Origin: Chloroflexota bacterium | GTDB lineage: Bacteria > Chloroflexota > UBA11872 > VXOZ01 | Assembly (NCBI GenBank): GCA_963663275.1 | Contig: OY760183.1 | Location: 2,464,001 to 2,528,000 of the forward strand | DNA: 64,000 nt | Reading direction: 5' to 3' | Shown: piece by piece, positions 8,539-18,756 of the stretch | Layout: each line of letters opens with the position of its first letter | How positions within the stretch are numbered: the first letter of the stretch is position 1 | Notes under the pieces: model-generated | Databases searched by the model: none | What the model saw: only the letters and a program-made list of their open reading frames with translations | What the model was told of the DNA's origin: nothing | Position numbers and translations under genes: made by a program

Positions 8539-9834
8539 TTATCCCGCCTTTGCCACCGCTTCCACCAGCCGCGGGCCGTGCTCAACCACCTTGCGGAAGG
8601 CGGCGGCGTTCTGCTCCAGCCAGTCGCCGCTGGGGTCGACCGGCGTGGAGAGCCAGAAGCAGGTGTCGTGGACGCGCTCGCTCACCGGCAGCGAACCCCG
8701 CTTTAGCGGTCTACGCGCGTTTGCGGGCAGATCGCCCCAGGGACCGCCTAGTCCATCGAAGGAAAACTCATTGAAGAGCGGCTCCAAGTGCATCACGCCG
8801 TAGCCAAAGGGCGTGATGGCCGGCGTGGTGCTGACGCCTTCGGCGACCAGGGCCTGGAGCACGGTATTGACCGGCGCGCCAATCTCCGCGGGATCGATCA
8901 CGCCGGCGTAGAGCAGCAGTCCGCCGCGCACCGCCGCCGGATAGGTCTTCTGAGGATAGATGCCCGCAATCGGCTCCAGCAGCGCGTCGAGCTTGTCGAA
9001 CCACGCCAGGCGCTTGTCGTTCAGTGCCGGCAGCCGCTCCAGTTGCGCGCGCGCCATCGCCATGGCCAGCGGGTTGGCCCGGTACTTGACGCCAAGGCCG
9101 ATGTTGTGCAGCGGCGTGAAGCGCTCGGTTTGCCACATGCGCTCGGTGCGCCCGTAGTGCCCCAACGCCAACATGCGGTCGTACAAATCCGGACTGTCCG
9201 TCGTCGCGACGCCGGCCTCGATGCCCGTAACCGCCTTGCTGCCTTGCAGGCTGAAGCAGCCAATATCGCCAATTGAGCCGACCTGCCGCCCGTCCCAGGT
9301 GCCTCCGTGAGCGTGGGAGGCGTCCTCGATCAACGTGATGTCGGTGCCTGCCACGATTTCGCGAAAGGCGTCCATGTCCGCCGGGTTGCCGTAAACGTGG
9401 GTGACGATGATCGCGCAGGTATCCGGCGTAATCTTGCGGCGTACGTCTTCCGGGTCGGCGCAGAACGTCTCCGGATCGACGTCGCAGAAGACAGGCGTGG
9501 CGTTGCAGTGCAGAATGGGCGTGATGCTGGCGTGCCAGGTCACGGACGGCACGATTACTTCCTTGCCCAACCCCGCGCCGGAGGCAAAGACCGCCGCGTG
9601 AATGGTGGACGTGCCGTTGCAGTGGGCCAGGGCATAGCGCGTGCCGACGAAGTCCCGGAACTGTTCCTCGAACTTCTCGATTTCGTCGTAGGCGCTGCCG
9701 TAGTCATCGAGCACGGCATTCACGTACTGCTTTTCCAGTGGACTGACTCGTTCCCACGTGTCGCCGCTCGCGGCGGTAACGGCCTTAGGCCCGCCCTCGA
9801 GCGCCAGCGCCTCTCTGCTTACTACCTTCGCCAT
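8539..9834 (-). CDS. DegT/DnrJ/EryC1/StrS PLP-dependent aminotransferase
   Basis: CNGTSTIH, PVFCDVD, IEDASHAHG, FSLQGSKAV. Confidence 0.92.
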   Translation of the reverse strand: MAKVVSREALALEGGPKAVTAASGDTWERVSPLEKQYVNAVLDDYGSAYDEIEKFEEQFRDFVGTRYALAHCNGTSTIHAAVFASGAGLGKEVIVPSVTWHASITPILHCNATPVFCDVDPETFCADPEDVRRKITPDTCAIIVTHVYGNPADMDAFREIVAGTDITLIEDASHAHGGTWDGRQVGSIGDIGCFSLQGSKAVTGIEAGVATTDSPDLYDRMLALGHYGRTERMWQTERFTPLHNIGLGVKYRANPLAMAMARAQLERLPALNDKRLAWFDKLDALLEPIAGIYPQKTYPAAVRGGLLLYAGVIDPAEIGAPVNTVLQALVAEGVSTTPAITPFGYGVMHLEPLFNEFSFDGLGGPWGDLPANARRPLKRGSLPVSERVHDTCFWLSTPVDPSGDWLEQNAAAFRKVVEHGPRLVEAVAKAG

Positions 9835-9928
9835 GGCACACTCCTTCGTGACAAGAAGCTACACGGACACTACCAAGCCGAAATCATCCGATTGCCGGTC
9901 TCACCAAGTGTAGCACGCTTCAACACAC

Positions 9929-9966
9929 AAAGACAGGAGGCAGCGGTAATGCTGCCTCCTGTCTTT
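9929..9966 (-). terminator. Intrinsic terminator-like hairpin downstream of the solute-binding protein gene
   Basis: AAAGACAGGAGGCAGC-GGTAAT-GCTGCCTCCTGTCTTT, 16-bp perfect stem. Confidence 0.75.
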
Positions 9967-10007
9967 CGTGGCTATCTAAGAGCGCACCCTCGCTGAGGGA
10001 ACTGCTC

Positions 10008-11390
10008 TTACATCTCCATCTTCCACTCTTCCGGCCGCTGGCTGAAGAGCACGTTCATCTCTTCGGCAGACTGGCGGAACGCCTCAGGCACGGTCACCTC
10101 ACCGGAGATGGCCTTGCGCGTCCAGCCGATGTCGATGCCCCAGGCCTCAGAGCCCTCAGGCACGATCATGGCGTCGTGTCCGCCGGAAATCCAAACGTCC
10201 ACCACGTCCGTTACGCGGGTGCCCTTGAAAGGCTCCAGCCATACCGGATGCGTGGCGTACTCGATGACGGGCGGCCAGGCGATAGAACCGAAGTGCGGGG
10301 TTTCCAGCATGCTCTCGTCGGAGTGGAACCACATGAGGAAGTCCCATGCCAGATCCTTCGCCTCGGAGAGGCTCAGGATGGAGTAGGCGTTGCCCAGCAC
10401 GGTTACGCGCTGATCCAGGCCCTTCGGCGGGGGCAGGAAGTCCAAGGCCTCGCCCAGGTGCGGGCGAATGCCGTTGTGGCGGTAGATGCCGTTATTCTCC
10501 ATCGCCGCAAACTGGTTCTCAATGTGATAGGTGCCCTTGGGGAACTCGACGCCAATCTCGCTGGCGCCCGGGGCGATCACCTTGTGCTTGAGCGCCAGGT
10601 CGATGTTGAACTGCGCGCCTTCCAGAGACTTGGGATCGGTGCCATAGAGCGCCTTATCCTTGGTCTCGTTGAGGATCTGGCCGCCGAAGTTGTACATCCA
10701 CGTCCCCATCATGTAGAAGACGTAGTTCTGGTAGATGACCAGAGCCCACTTGTTCTCTTCGGCATTGGTGAGCTTGCGGGACATCTCCAGCAGGTCGTCG
10801 TAGCTCCAGTCCGGCGGAGGCATGTCCACACCGGCCTGGGTCAGGAGGTCTTTGTTCACGTGGAAGACTTCGCCGCCCGACTGGAAGGGCACGCCGTACA
10901 GGTTCGGGCCCCAACTCCAGTTCACCAGCTCGCCGGCAAAGTAGTCCTCTTTGCTGCGCGGGCCTTTGGCGAAATAGGGAGTCAGTTCCTCGATGACGCC
11001 GGTGAGACCCCACTTGAGCGCCCAGTTCACCTGGTTGTAGGTGATGTCCACGCCGGCTTCACCGGCGGCAAACTCGGTATTGCGCTTGGCAAAGACACCG
11101 CCGTCGAACGTGCGGTCCGGCGTTGCCTCGATAGTGATGCCAAGCGACTCCTCGCCAACTTTGAAGGTCTCCGAAAGGGCCTTCCAGCGCGGATCTTCCT
11201 CCGCGTGGTAGTTGGAGATCTTCAGGACCGGCTTCTCTTCCATCTTTGGCGCTTCGGCCTCTTGCTTAGGCGCCTCGGTGGTGTCTTCCGCGGGCGCGCC
11301 CGTGGTTGTCGCCGTGCCGCACGCTGCCAAGAACGCAGCGCCACCGGCTGCGGCCCCGGCGCCGAGCAAGGCTCGTCTCGTCAAACTCAT
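10008..11390 (-). CDS. Carbohydrate ABC transporter solute-binding lipoprotein with Tat signal
   Basis: MSLTRRALL...LAAC lipobox; LYGVP, NKDLL, PPDWSYDDL, AWDFLMW; AGAAAGGAG RBS. Confidence 0.9.
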   Translation of the reverse strand: MSLTRRALLGAGAAAGGAAFLAACGTATTTGAPAEDTTEAPKQEAEAPKMEEKPVLKISNYHAEEDPRWKALSETFKVGEESLGITIEATPDRTFDGGVFAKRNTEFAAGEAGVDITYNQVNWALKWGLTGVIEELTPYFAKGPRSKEDYFAGELVNWSWGPNLYGVPFQSGGEVFHVNKDLLTQAGVDMPPPDWSYDDLLEMSRKLTNAEENKWALVIYQNYVFYMMGTWMYNFGGQILNETKDKALYGTDPKSLEGAQFNIDLALKHKVIAPGASEIGVEFPKGTYHIENQFAAMENNGIYRHNGIRPHLGEALDFLPPPKGLDQRVTVLGNAYSILSLSEAKDLAWDFLMWFHSDESMLETPHFGSIAWPPVIEYATHPVWLEPFKGTRVTDVVDVWISGGHDAMIVPEGSEAWGIDIGWTRKAISGEVTVPEAFRQSAEEMNVLFSQRPEEWKMEM

Positions 11391-11538
11391 GGGGAACACT
11401 CCTTTCTGGTTCTTTCCCCAGCTAGAACTTGCCTGCGGATGGGCCAAATCCAGCGGCCATCACACGCCCAGCCGCGTCGCAAGTCCACGCACAAAATCCA
11501 ATAAGCCGTTCGCACTCTACTTGGCTAGGCTCGCAACG

Positions 11539-11567
11539 ATTATAAACGTTTCGTCAAGGTGGGTCAA
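11539..11567 (-). promoter_or_regulatory. Sigma70-type promoter overlapping a LacI-like palindrome
   Basis: TTGACC (11567-11562) N17 TATAAT (11544-11539); AAACGTTT palindrome at 11544-11551. Confidence 0.7.
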
Positions 11568-11825
11568 GGATTTTCCCAGAACTGAGAAATCCCCATCAAT
11601 CTCTATGAGAGGCCGGAGGGCCGCCACCGGGCGGCTTAGCCGTACCATTCACTCGCCGCTGCCTGCGTCCGCCGCACATGCCGGCAAGTCTTGGGGCGAG
11701 GCCCGCGTTCAAAGTGAAGCCCTGCCAGCCAGGAGAATGAGGCGTTGAAGAGCCGCGCTCTCGTCAAGTCCTTCAAGGATACGCGCGGCAAAGCGCCGTC
11801 ATGGCTGCGGCCGCTCTGGACAGAC

Positions 11826-12563
11826 TTACTCTTCCACCTCAATCGTAAAGAACTGCCACTTGGGCGTGCAGCGGTCGCGGAGCGTCTCGTCTTCCAGTAC
11901 CAATTGATAGCAAGGCCAGATTTCCCATTTGCCCGCTGAATCGAGGGCTATGACCACTCCGGTCTTGAACTTCTGGTACCGCACAACTTCCACCCCTTCA
12001 TGGACTAACCCAAAGTCCTTCTCTTCGCCGGTGGGATGGTTCGTGGCAACGAACGTTCGCTTTAGCTCAATGGGCGGCACGCGCAGGTTCTGCACCGTAA
12101 ACTCGATGTAGATCTCCTGACCCACCTTAAAGGGGGACTTATCGGCGCCGATGCCATGCCCCGGCGGACCGTAGGCCGTCAGTTCCATCAGCCTGAAGGC
12201 ATCGAAGTTGGCCACCGACGTGCCAGCCTCGTAGAAGACCTCAAGCTCGCCAATGTTCTCCGGCGTGGCTTCCGGCTCGATGAGCGGCAGGTCGGCCACG
12301 TCGGCAGCCGATTCCGCTTCTTCGTCACCCTTCGCCGCCGCCGTTGCCGTGCTGCTCACCTTGATGGTCGCGCCGGCGTCTTCCGGAGACTCAGTCTCGG
12401 AGGCGCCGGAAACCATGAAGATTACGGCAACAAGGAGCAAGACCACGCCCACCCCCATGGCGCCCACGGAAGTTTGCGGGCGGCGGCCCGCAATCTTGCC
12501 TATCACACCAACGGCCAGGAGAATGACGCCCAGAAGACCAAAGACGATTGTAAGCGGAGGCAT
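11826..12563 (-). CDS. Hypothetical membrane-anchored protein (2 TM, acidic linker, beta-rich domain)
   Basis: ATG at 12563 after GAGG; two hydrophobic helices; candidate TTGACT-N18-TATAAT promoter at 12741-12712. Confidence 0.7.
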   Translation of the reverse strand: MPPLTIVFGLLGVILLAVGVIGKIAGRRPQTSVGAMGVGVVLLLVAVIFMVSGASETESPEDAGATIKVSSTATAAAKGDEEAESAADVADLPLIEPEATPENIGELEVFYEAGTSVANFDAFRLMELTAYGPPGHGIGADKSPFKVGQEIYIEFTVQNLRVPPIELKRTFVATNHPTGEEKDFGLVHEGVEVVRYQKFKTGVVIALDSAGKWEIWPCYQLVLEDETLRDRCTPKWQFFTIEVEE

Positions 12564-12883
12564 GCCTTTAACCTCAGATTCTTGATTTTGAGCAACGGCT
12601 CGTTCGCCCAAGCCGCCGCAAACTTCGACTGCTCGTTGGCGGAGAAATCGGCGGCCCAGCTTCTCCATAATCCCCGGGCTGTCGCGTGAAGGCAACGGCC
12701 CAATTGAGACGATTATAGTAAGCGGTTGTCCACAGAGTCAAGGGATAAATGCGCGTCGCGGCAATTGCAGCGCGGTGGCGCATTAGGTACGGTATAGCGT
12801 ACTGGGTGGTTTCCCTGTATGTGACGCCAATCTTGCTGCGACTGCCGTTGTTCGCAGGTGTTCGGACTTTGCGAGAAAGGATT

Positions 12884-13732
12884 ATGTCGATGAGTCTTCT
12901 TCACAAAGCGGCCGCCGGCCTGGGCTATCACGCCATGGTGGCGGACGGTCATCCCTCGCTGGAGCGCATTCGCATCGCGGTCTTGCGGCTGGCCCCCGGT
13001 GAATCCTACGCCGGCGAAACCGGACCATGGGAATCCGCGCTGGTGCTGCAAGCGGGTGAGGGCACCATTGCCGTCGAGTCCCACGGCATTGACCACCATT
13101 GCCAACGCCAAAGCGTCTTCAGCGGCCCCTCTTCCACGGTCTTCGTCGCGCCGGAGCAGTCGTGGGAAGTCCGCGCGCAGGGACACGCTACCCTGGAACT
13201 GGTTATCTGCAGCACGCCGGGCAAGCCGGGCATGGCTTCCCAGGTGATTACGGCGGACCAACTAAAGCTGCGCAAGGTGGGACAGGGCAACTGGTACCGC
13301 ACGATCTACGACATCATCGACGCGCCTTTTCCGGCGCACTCGATGGTGCTCGGCGAGACTTATAACCCACCGGGGTTCTGGAGCAGCGCGCCGCCGCACA
13401 AGCACGAGGTGGACGATCCGCCCCACGAGTCGTTCCACGAGGAAGCCTACCTCTTTCGCCTCAATCCGCCGCGCGGGTTCGGCATGCAGCGCGTCTATAC
13501 CGACGACCGCGCGCTCGACGCGGCCTACGCGGTGGAAGACGGCGACGTGGTGGCGATCCCGCGCGGCTACCACCCGGTGGCGGCGGCGCCGGGCTACCAA
13601 CTCTACTACCTCTGGGTGCTGGCGGGCAACCAACGGGTGCTGGCGCCGCGGGACGATCCCGACCACGCCTGGCTGAAGGAAAGCGAGGCGGTGATTACCG
13701 CGGTGGGCGGCCTGGTCACGCCCGGCGCATAA
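12884..13732 (+). CDS. iolB: 5-deoxy-glucuronate isomerase
   Basis: WSSAPPHKH, EEAYLFR, GFGMQRVY, PRGYHPV, YYLWVLAG. Confidence 0.93.
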   Translation: MSMSLLHKAAAGLGYHAMVADGHPSLERIRIAVLRLAPGESYAGETGPWESALVLQAGEGTIAVESHGIDHHCQRQSVFSGPSSTVFVAPEQSWEVRAQGHATLELVICSTPGKPGMASQVITADQLKLRKVGQGNWYRTIYDIIDAPFPAHSMVLGETYNPPGFWSSAPPHKHEVDDPPHESFHEEAYLFRLNPPRGFGMQRVYTDDRALDAAYAVEDGDVVAIPRGYHPVAAAPGYQLYYLWVLAGNQRVLAPRDDPDHAWLKESEAVITAVGGLVTPGA

Positions 13733-13857
13733 CGACCGGCTAGTCCTCTCCCCGCAAGTGAGAGTACGAAGGCCGGCCAGCCCCTTCTTTCTGCCGGTAA
13801 GCGTCCGGTGGCCGGTCAGTCCGGTCTTTCTGCGTGAGAATTTGATGGCAGTCCAGT

Positions 13858-13891
13858 CCCCTCTCCCCGTGGGAGAGGGTTAGGGTGAGGG
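13858..13891 (+). repeat. REP-like family A
   Basis: CCCTCTCCC-N-GGGAGAGGG-TTAGGGTGAGGG; also at 5919/7263-7287, 23785, 60456, 63849. Confidence 0.8.
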
Positions 13892-13935
13892 TCGCCTTCT
13901 CGCCTGTGCGCCACACAGTCAACCACCAGGAAAAC

Positions 13936-14049
13936 CCGTAGCGCGGGGGATCGTCCCCCGCCGGTTAACAAAAAGCCGTAGCGCGGGGGCTTGTCCCCCG
14001 CATGGTAGCAAAAAGCCGTAGCGCGGGGGCTTGTCCCCCGCATGGTAGC
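13936..14049 (+). repeat. Three tandem GTAG-type REPs (family B), 40-bp period
   Basis: CCGTAGCGCGGGGGCTTGTCCCCCGC-type units at 13936, 13976, 14016. Confidence 0.85.
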
Positions 14050-14148
14050 GAAGAGCGGCAACGAAGGGTCTTGCCATCCCCCTCTTTGCGCGCATGGCGA
14101 CAACCACCTGAACCACGGTGCTTAGCAAACAGGGAGAATGAACGAGCC

Positions 14149-15540
14149 TTGGATGAACGCTTCGACCTAATCGTCCTCGGCGGCGGCAGCGCCGGTTACG
14201 CCGCCGCGCGCACGGCCGCCGACCTGGGCGCCAGCGTGGCCGTAGTTGAAAAGGGCCCGCTGGGCGGACTCTGCATCCTGCGCGGCTGCATGCCCAGCAA
14301 AGCCGTCCTGGCCTCCGCCAATCGTCTCTATCACACGCAGCACGCGGCGGAACTGGGCATCCACGCCGGCGCGCCTTCCGCCGACCTCCCCGCCATCATC
14401 GCCCGCAAGCGGCGCTTGGTAGAGGACTTTGCCGCCTACCGCATCGAGCAACTCAAATCACCGGAAATCACGCTCGTCGAGGGCGCGGCGCAATTCCTCT
14501 CCGCCGAACGCGCGCAGGTCGGAAAAAAAATCCTTGCCGCGCCCAAGTTCGTCATCGCCACCGGTTCCGTTCCTTTCGTGCCCAAAGTCCCTGGCCTGGA
14601 AGAATCCGGCTACATCACCAGCGACGAGGCGCTGGAGTTGGAAACGTTGCCGGAATCAATCTGCGTGCTCGGCGGCGGGCCGATCGGCCTGGAGTTGGGG
14701 CAGTTCTTTTCACGTCTCGGCGCGCGCGTCACCCTCTTGCAGCGCAGCGCCTGCGTCCTGAGCAGCGAGGACGAGGCCGTGGGCACGGCGCTGGCGGGCT
14801 ACCTGCGGGAAGACGGCATGGATGTTCGCTGCGCCACGCGGCTCACGGCGGTAGAGCAGCGCAACGGCAAGAAGGTGCTTCACCTATTGCAGAACGACGC
14901 GGAGAGCGCAATCGAGGTGGACGAAATCCTGGTCGCCACCGGGCGCGCGCCGGCGCTGGCGGGGCTGAACCTGGCCGCCGCGGGCGTGGAGAGCACCGCG
15001 CGCGGCATCGCCGCCGACACCGCCATGCGCACGTCGAACCCGAGCATCTTTGCCGTGGGGGACGTGACCGCCTCGTTCGACATCGTGCACGTGGCAATCC
15101 AGCAGGGCGAGATTGCCGCCCACAACGCCCTGAGCGCCGGCCCGCCGCAGTACATGGACTACCGCATCGTGCCCATCGTCATCTTCACCGAGCCGCAGTA
15201 CGGCCGCGTGGGCATGACCGAGAAGGAAGCCCGCGCCAAAGGGCTGCCCATCGTCGCGGCCTCGTATCCGTTCGACGACCACGGCAAGGCGCTCTGCCTG
15301 GGCGAGACGCGCGGCTTCGTCAAGATGATCGGCCACGCCGAGACCGGCGAACTGCTGGGCTACCAGGTGCTGGGGCCGGAAGGCGGCGAACTCATCCACG
15401 AGTGCATCGTGGCCCTCCACTACCGCGCCACCGCCCAGGACTTCATGCGCATCCCCCACTACCACCCCACCCTGGCCGAAATTCTCACCTACCCCGCCGA
15501 GGAAATCGCCGCCCAGGTCGAAGGCGTGAACGGGCCATGA
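14149..15540 (+). CDS. Dihydrolipoamide dehydrogenase-family FAD/NAD(P) disulfide oxidoreductase
   Basis: GGGSAG, GGLCILRGCMPSK redox Cys pair, GGGPIG, HYHPTLAE; TTG start after AGGGAG. Confidence 0.9.
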   Translation: MDERFDLIVLGGGSAGYAAARTAADLGASVAVVEKGPLGGLCILRGCMPSKAVLASANRLYHTQHAAELGIHAGAPSADLPAIIARKRRLVEDFAAYRIEQLKSPEITLVEGAAQFLSAERAQVGKKILAAPKFVIATGSVPFVPKVPGLEESGYITSDEALELETLPESICVLGGGPIGLELGQFFSRLGARVTLLQRSACVLSSEDEAVGTALAGYLREDGMDVRCATRLTAVEQRNGKKVLHLLQNDAESAIEVDEILVATGRAPALAGLNLAAAGVESTARGIAADTAMRTSNPSIFAVGDVTASFDIVHVAIQQGEIAAHNALSAGPPQYMDYRIVPIVIFTEPQYGRVGMTEKEARAKGLPIVAASYPFDDHGKALCLGETRGFVKMIGHAETGELLGYQVLGPEGGELIHECIVALHYRATAQDFMRIPHYHPTLAEILTYPAEEIAAQVEGVNGP

Positions 15541-15550
15541 GCCGTGCGTT

Positions 15551-15810
15551 CCGTTCGCACTGAGCCTGTCGAAGTGCGCCCTCCCCTTCCATTCGCGCTG
15601 ATCCCGTCGAAGTGCGCACTCCCTTTCCGTTCGCACTGAGCACGCCGAAGTGCGCCCTCCCCTTCCGTTCGCACTGAGCCTGTCGATGCGAGTGCGCCCT
15701 CCCCTTCCGTTCGCACTGAGCCCGTCGAAGTGCGCCCTCCCATTCCATTCGCGCTGAGCCAGTCGAAGTGCGCCCTCCCCTTCCGTTCGCACTGAGCCTG
15801 TCGAAGTGCG
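15551..15810 (+). repeat. Seven-unit 38-bp tandem array of REP-like family D
   Basis: CCGTTCGCACTGAGCCTGTCGAAGTGCGCCCTCCCCTT units at 15551, 15589, 15627, 15665, 15707, 15745, 15783. Confidence 0.9.
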
Positions 15811-15981
15811 CAGACAGCGCCGGCATTACGGAGTTGAGTTGAATTCCTGTTTAGCGCCTACCACCTCGTAACTCGCCACCGCAACCGTTCGTACTACGAC
15901 AGGCTCAGCACGAACGGTTGCGTGGCTTGGCGGTATCGCCGTCTAGTCCCGCCGCCGTCCCGCTGCTAGAATAAAGGCCAC

Positions 15982-16066
15982 GGGGACGTGTCGGAACTGG
16001 AAGACGAGCATGACTTAGGATCATGTGCCGCAAGGCGTGCGGGTTCGAATCCCGCCGTCCCCACCA
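15982..16066 (+). tRNA. tRNA-Leu(UAG)
   Basis: GGGGACG...CATGA-CTTAGGA-TCATG, long variable arm, GGTTCGAATCC, CGTCCCC-A-CCA. Confidence 0.97.
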
Positions 16067-16170
16067 GCCACCAAACGAAGCCGGACGGGTATCCCCTGCC
16101 CCAATCACCCACGCCCACAGGCTCTCACCGTACCCCCGCCGCGCGTCCGACCAATTCCCCACCGCCATTT

Positions 16171-16304
16171 CCGTAACGCGCGGGCCTGTCCCCCGCATCT
16201 TCTCACCCTACGAACTGCCATACCGTAGCGAGGGGGCTTGTCCCCCGCATCCTCACGCCCAACAGACTGCCATACCGTAGCGCGGAGGCTTGTCCCCCGC
16301 ATCT
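16171..16304 (+). repeat. Three family B REPs, 52-bp period
   Basis: CCGTA(A/G)CG...TGTCCCCCGCAT at 16171, 16223, 16275. Confidence 0.8.
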
Positions 16305-16378
16305 TCCCGCCCAACGCACACCCCGGCTCCGACCTGGCGCGACTCTGTCGCAAGTTTTGGCGCAAGTTTGGCGCAAGT

Positions 16379-17443
16379 TCACCTGAAGTCATCCACAAGC
16401 ACGTACTCCAGCCGGTTCGTGCCCACCCGGCGGTGCAGCAAGCCTTTTTCCACCAGGACGCGCAGGTCGCGTTGGAGCGTCCGCCGTGAAACCTTGGGGA
16501 TAAGCGCCTGGCATTCCGCAATCGTAATCCGGCCGTGTTGCAGCGCGTGGCCCAGCGCGCGGGTTTGCCGCTCCGTCAAGCCGTGGCGGCGCGCCAGCGT
16601 ATCCTGCCGGATAGCCAATTCTCCCTGCTGCTTGACCTCCGCCAGTTGGGTCGCCAGGCCGTTCGCGAAGAACTCGATCCAGCCGGTCAAGTCCATCTGC
16701 GCGCGCCGCACGCCTTGGAGCGCGCCGTAGAAGGCCGTCCGGTCCCGGTCGTAGTACTCGCTCAGCGTGAAGAGGCGCTTGAAATCGTAGCCCGCCCGGT
16801 AGAGGCACAGCGTCGAAAGCAGGCGGGACGTGCGCCCGTTGCCGTCCAGGAACGGGTGAATGTGCACCAATTGGAATTGCGCAATGCCGCTCACAATGAC
16901 GGGATGCGTATCGCTCGGACGGTTCAGCCACGCCACCAGTTCCGCCATGAGCCGGGGCACGTCCGCGGTGGGCGGCGGCGTGTAGATGGTCGCGCCGGTC
17001 GCCGCGTCGATGACGTAGTTCTGCACCCGCCGGTACTCTCCCGGCGCCGCCGACCCGCCGCGCACGCCGGCCACCAACCGCCGGCGAATTTCCAGGATGA
17101 GCCGCTCGGCAATTGGCCGCAGTTCACCCGGCCGGCCGCCGTCGCTGAAATAGGCGCTCACGAAAGCGAACGCCTCGCGGTAGTTCAGCACCTCGCGGGC
17201 GTCGTCCGGGTCCGCTCCCGGCACGTCCCGCCCCGCCAACACAGCCGCCGCGTCCGCCAGCGTCAGGCGCGTCCCCTCGATGTGCGTCGTGTGGTGCGCC
17301 TCCCGCACAAACGCCGCCGCCCGCATCGCCTCCACCCACGCATCTGCAAGCGCCGCCCCCTCCAAAAACCCCCGCGCCCGCTCGATCTCAGCAAGAGCCG
17401 CGGTGATGGCGTTCGTAATGGTAAATCGCGGTTCAAAGGGCAT
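16379..17443 (-). CDS. Fic family protein with C-terminal winged HTH
   Basis: Canonical [12 protein letters not shown]; HHTTHIEGT; [12 protein letters not shown]. Confidence 0.95.
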   Translation of the reverse strand: MPFEPRFTITNAITAALAEIERARGFLEGAALADAWVEAMRAAAFVREAHHTTHIEGTRLTLADAAAVLAGRDVPGADPDDAREVLNYREAFAFVSAYFSDGGRPGELRPIAERLILEIRRRLVAGVRGGSAAPGEYRRVQNYVIDAATGATIYTPPPTADVPRLMAELVAWLNRPSDTHPVIVSGIAQFQLVHIHPFLDGNGRTSRLLSTLCLYRAGYDFKRLFTLSEYYDRDRTAFYGALQGVRRAQMDLTGWIEFFANGLATQLAEVKQQGELAIRQDTLARRHGLTERQTRALGHALQHGRITIAECQALIPKVSRRTLQRDLRVLVEKGLLHRRVGTNRLEYVLVDDFR

Positions 17444-17724
17444 TGTTCAACTCGCTATATACGGTAGACACGATGCTCAGTATGTGCGGGGTCATTCGAG
17501 GCCGCGAGCACACCCGCATCTTCTCGTGACAAATGAAAGAGCCTGCATTTTCAAGGTCATATCGGGGCAACACTCCACGTCCAAAGTCAGGGCTGCTGGC
17601 TCCATTTAGGCCATGGAAGTTCCCGGAGAGCGAGAAGGCAGAATTGTCCAGGCTGCAACAGGTCGACATGGGTGTCATGGGGGAGGAAGCGGAACTGTAA
17701 TTCCACCCGTACAGAGGCTTTCGG

Positions 17725-18168
17725 CTAACCCTGGATGGCAGGCTCTCCCACCCAACGGACCCGACGCACAACAGGACTCGCCGCCCGGTAGAACTTCTCA
17801 TCGGCGGTCCACAGGTCACAGCCGAGCGCCTCTGCCAGAGCAAGGTAGTGGGCGTCATAAGCCGCGCCTTGTCTGAGTTGGCTTGCCAACGCCAAAGCCC
17901 TGCCGTAGAGGCGCGGCGGCTGATGTAACTCGAGGCCCGACGACAGCAGACTCTCAATGCGCTGTGTCGCCGCCTCCAGTGTCAACTCGCCCCGCCTCAC
18001 CCTTTGGTGAAGGACATTGGTCACTTCCACAGGCATCAGGTACGGCGCCGCGATGCGGGTTCCCTGGCTGTTCCACAAGCGGCCAAGCGCATTGGCCTCG
18101 GCAGTGAGTATCTCCTTTACCAGCCACTTGCACGCCAGGCTCGCGTCCACCACAACGTAACCGTTCAA
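17725..18168 (-). CDS. VapC-family PIN-domain toxin
   Basis: VVVDAS, EVTNVL, YDAHYLALAE, LWTADEK. Confidence 0.92.
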   Translation of the reverse strand: MNGYVVVDASLACKWLVKEILTAEANALGRLWNSQGTRIAAPYLMPVEVTNVLHQRVRRGELTLEAATQRIESLLSSGLELHQPPRLYGRALALASQLRQGAAYDAHYLALAEALGCDLWTADEKFYRAASPVVRRVRWVGEPAIQG

Positions 18169-18443
18169 GAGTTGCTCCTGGACGCGCGCGCCTGCCTTAT
18201 CAACGCAGCCCCGTCACCCGGCAGAACCTGGTCGCCAAACGCCTCCTCTTGCAGGGCTACCAGCCTCTCGATGTTGAAGCTGCCGGCGAACGCGCCGTTG
18301 GCCTCGTCTTGCGCCAGTTCCTTGTCGATGGCCGCCAGGCAATACCGTCTCATGCTGATCCCCTTCAGCGCGGCTACCGCCTTCAGACGCCGCTGCACCG
18401 GCGGGTCGATGTCCAATGTGAGTCGCTTCTTCTTGGCTTGCAT
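18165..18443 (-). CDS. Putative ribbon-helix-helix antitoxin
   Basis: KRLTLDIDPPVQRRLKAVAALKGISMR; stop overlaps toxin start; GAGGAG RBS. Confidence 0.8.
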   Translation of the reverse strand: MQAKKKRLTLDIDPPVQRRLKAVAALKGISMRRYCLAAIDKELAQDEANGAFAGSFNIERLVALQEEAFGDQVLPGDGAALIRQARASRSNS

Positions 18444-18524
18444 AGCACTTCTCTCCTCAAAGTGGCGGCCAAGTTTGAGATTAGCGTAAATACGGAAACA
18501 CGTCAATCTCGAAAGGGCGGTGGC

Positions 18525-18646
18525 GGCGCGACTCGATCCTCAGTGAGAGCAGCGGTGATGGCGTTAGTAATGGTAAAGCGAGGGTCAAAGATCATTGGCA
18601 AACTCGCCGGGTACTTGGGATGTCTCATTCAGTATGAGCGGCTTCA
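18525..18646 (-). pseudogene. Degenerate copy of the fic promoter and first ~20 codons
   Basis: [19 protein letters not shown] then +1 frameshift, vs fic [21 protein letters not shown]; upstream AACTCGC..TAC..TCAGTATG.GCGG at the same spacing as 17444-17495. Confidence 0.9.
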
Positions 18647-18756
18647 AACCAGCAGGGCCAATTCGCTCTGCGTAGGGTCCCCAATGTGCATCGTGTGCTA
18701 CGCTGAGAGAGACTATCAAACACGATGTACTCCTACTTGAGTGACTTTACCAAAAG

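Noticed and set aside
14149-15540. Mercuric reductase MerA
   Set aside because: Lacks the C-terminal Cys-Cys pair and mer neighbours; retains the HPTxxE motif
15551-15810. CRISPR array
   Set aside because: Head-to-tail units with no unique spacers
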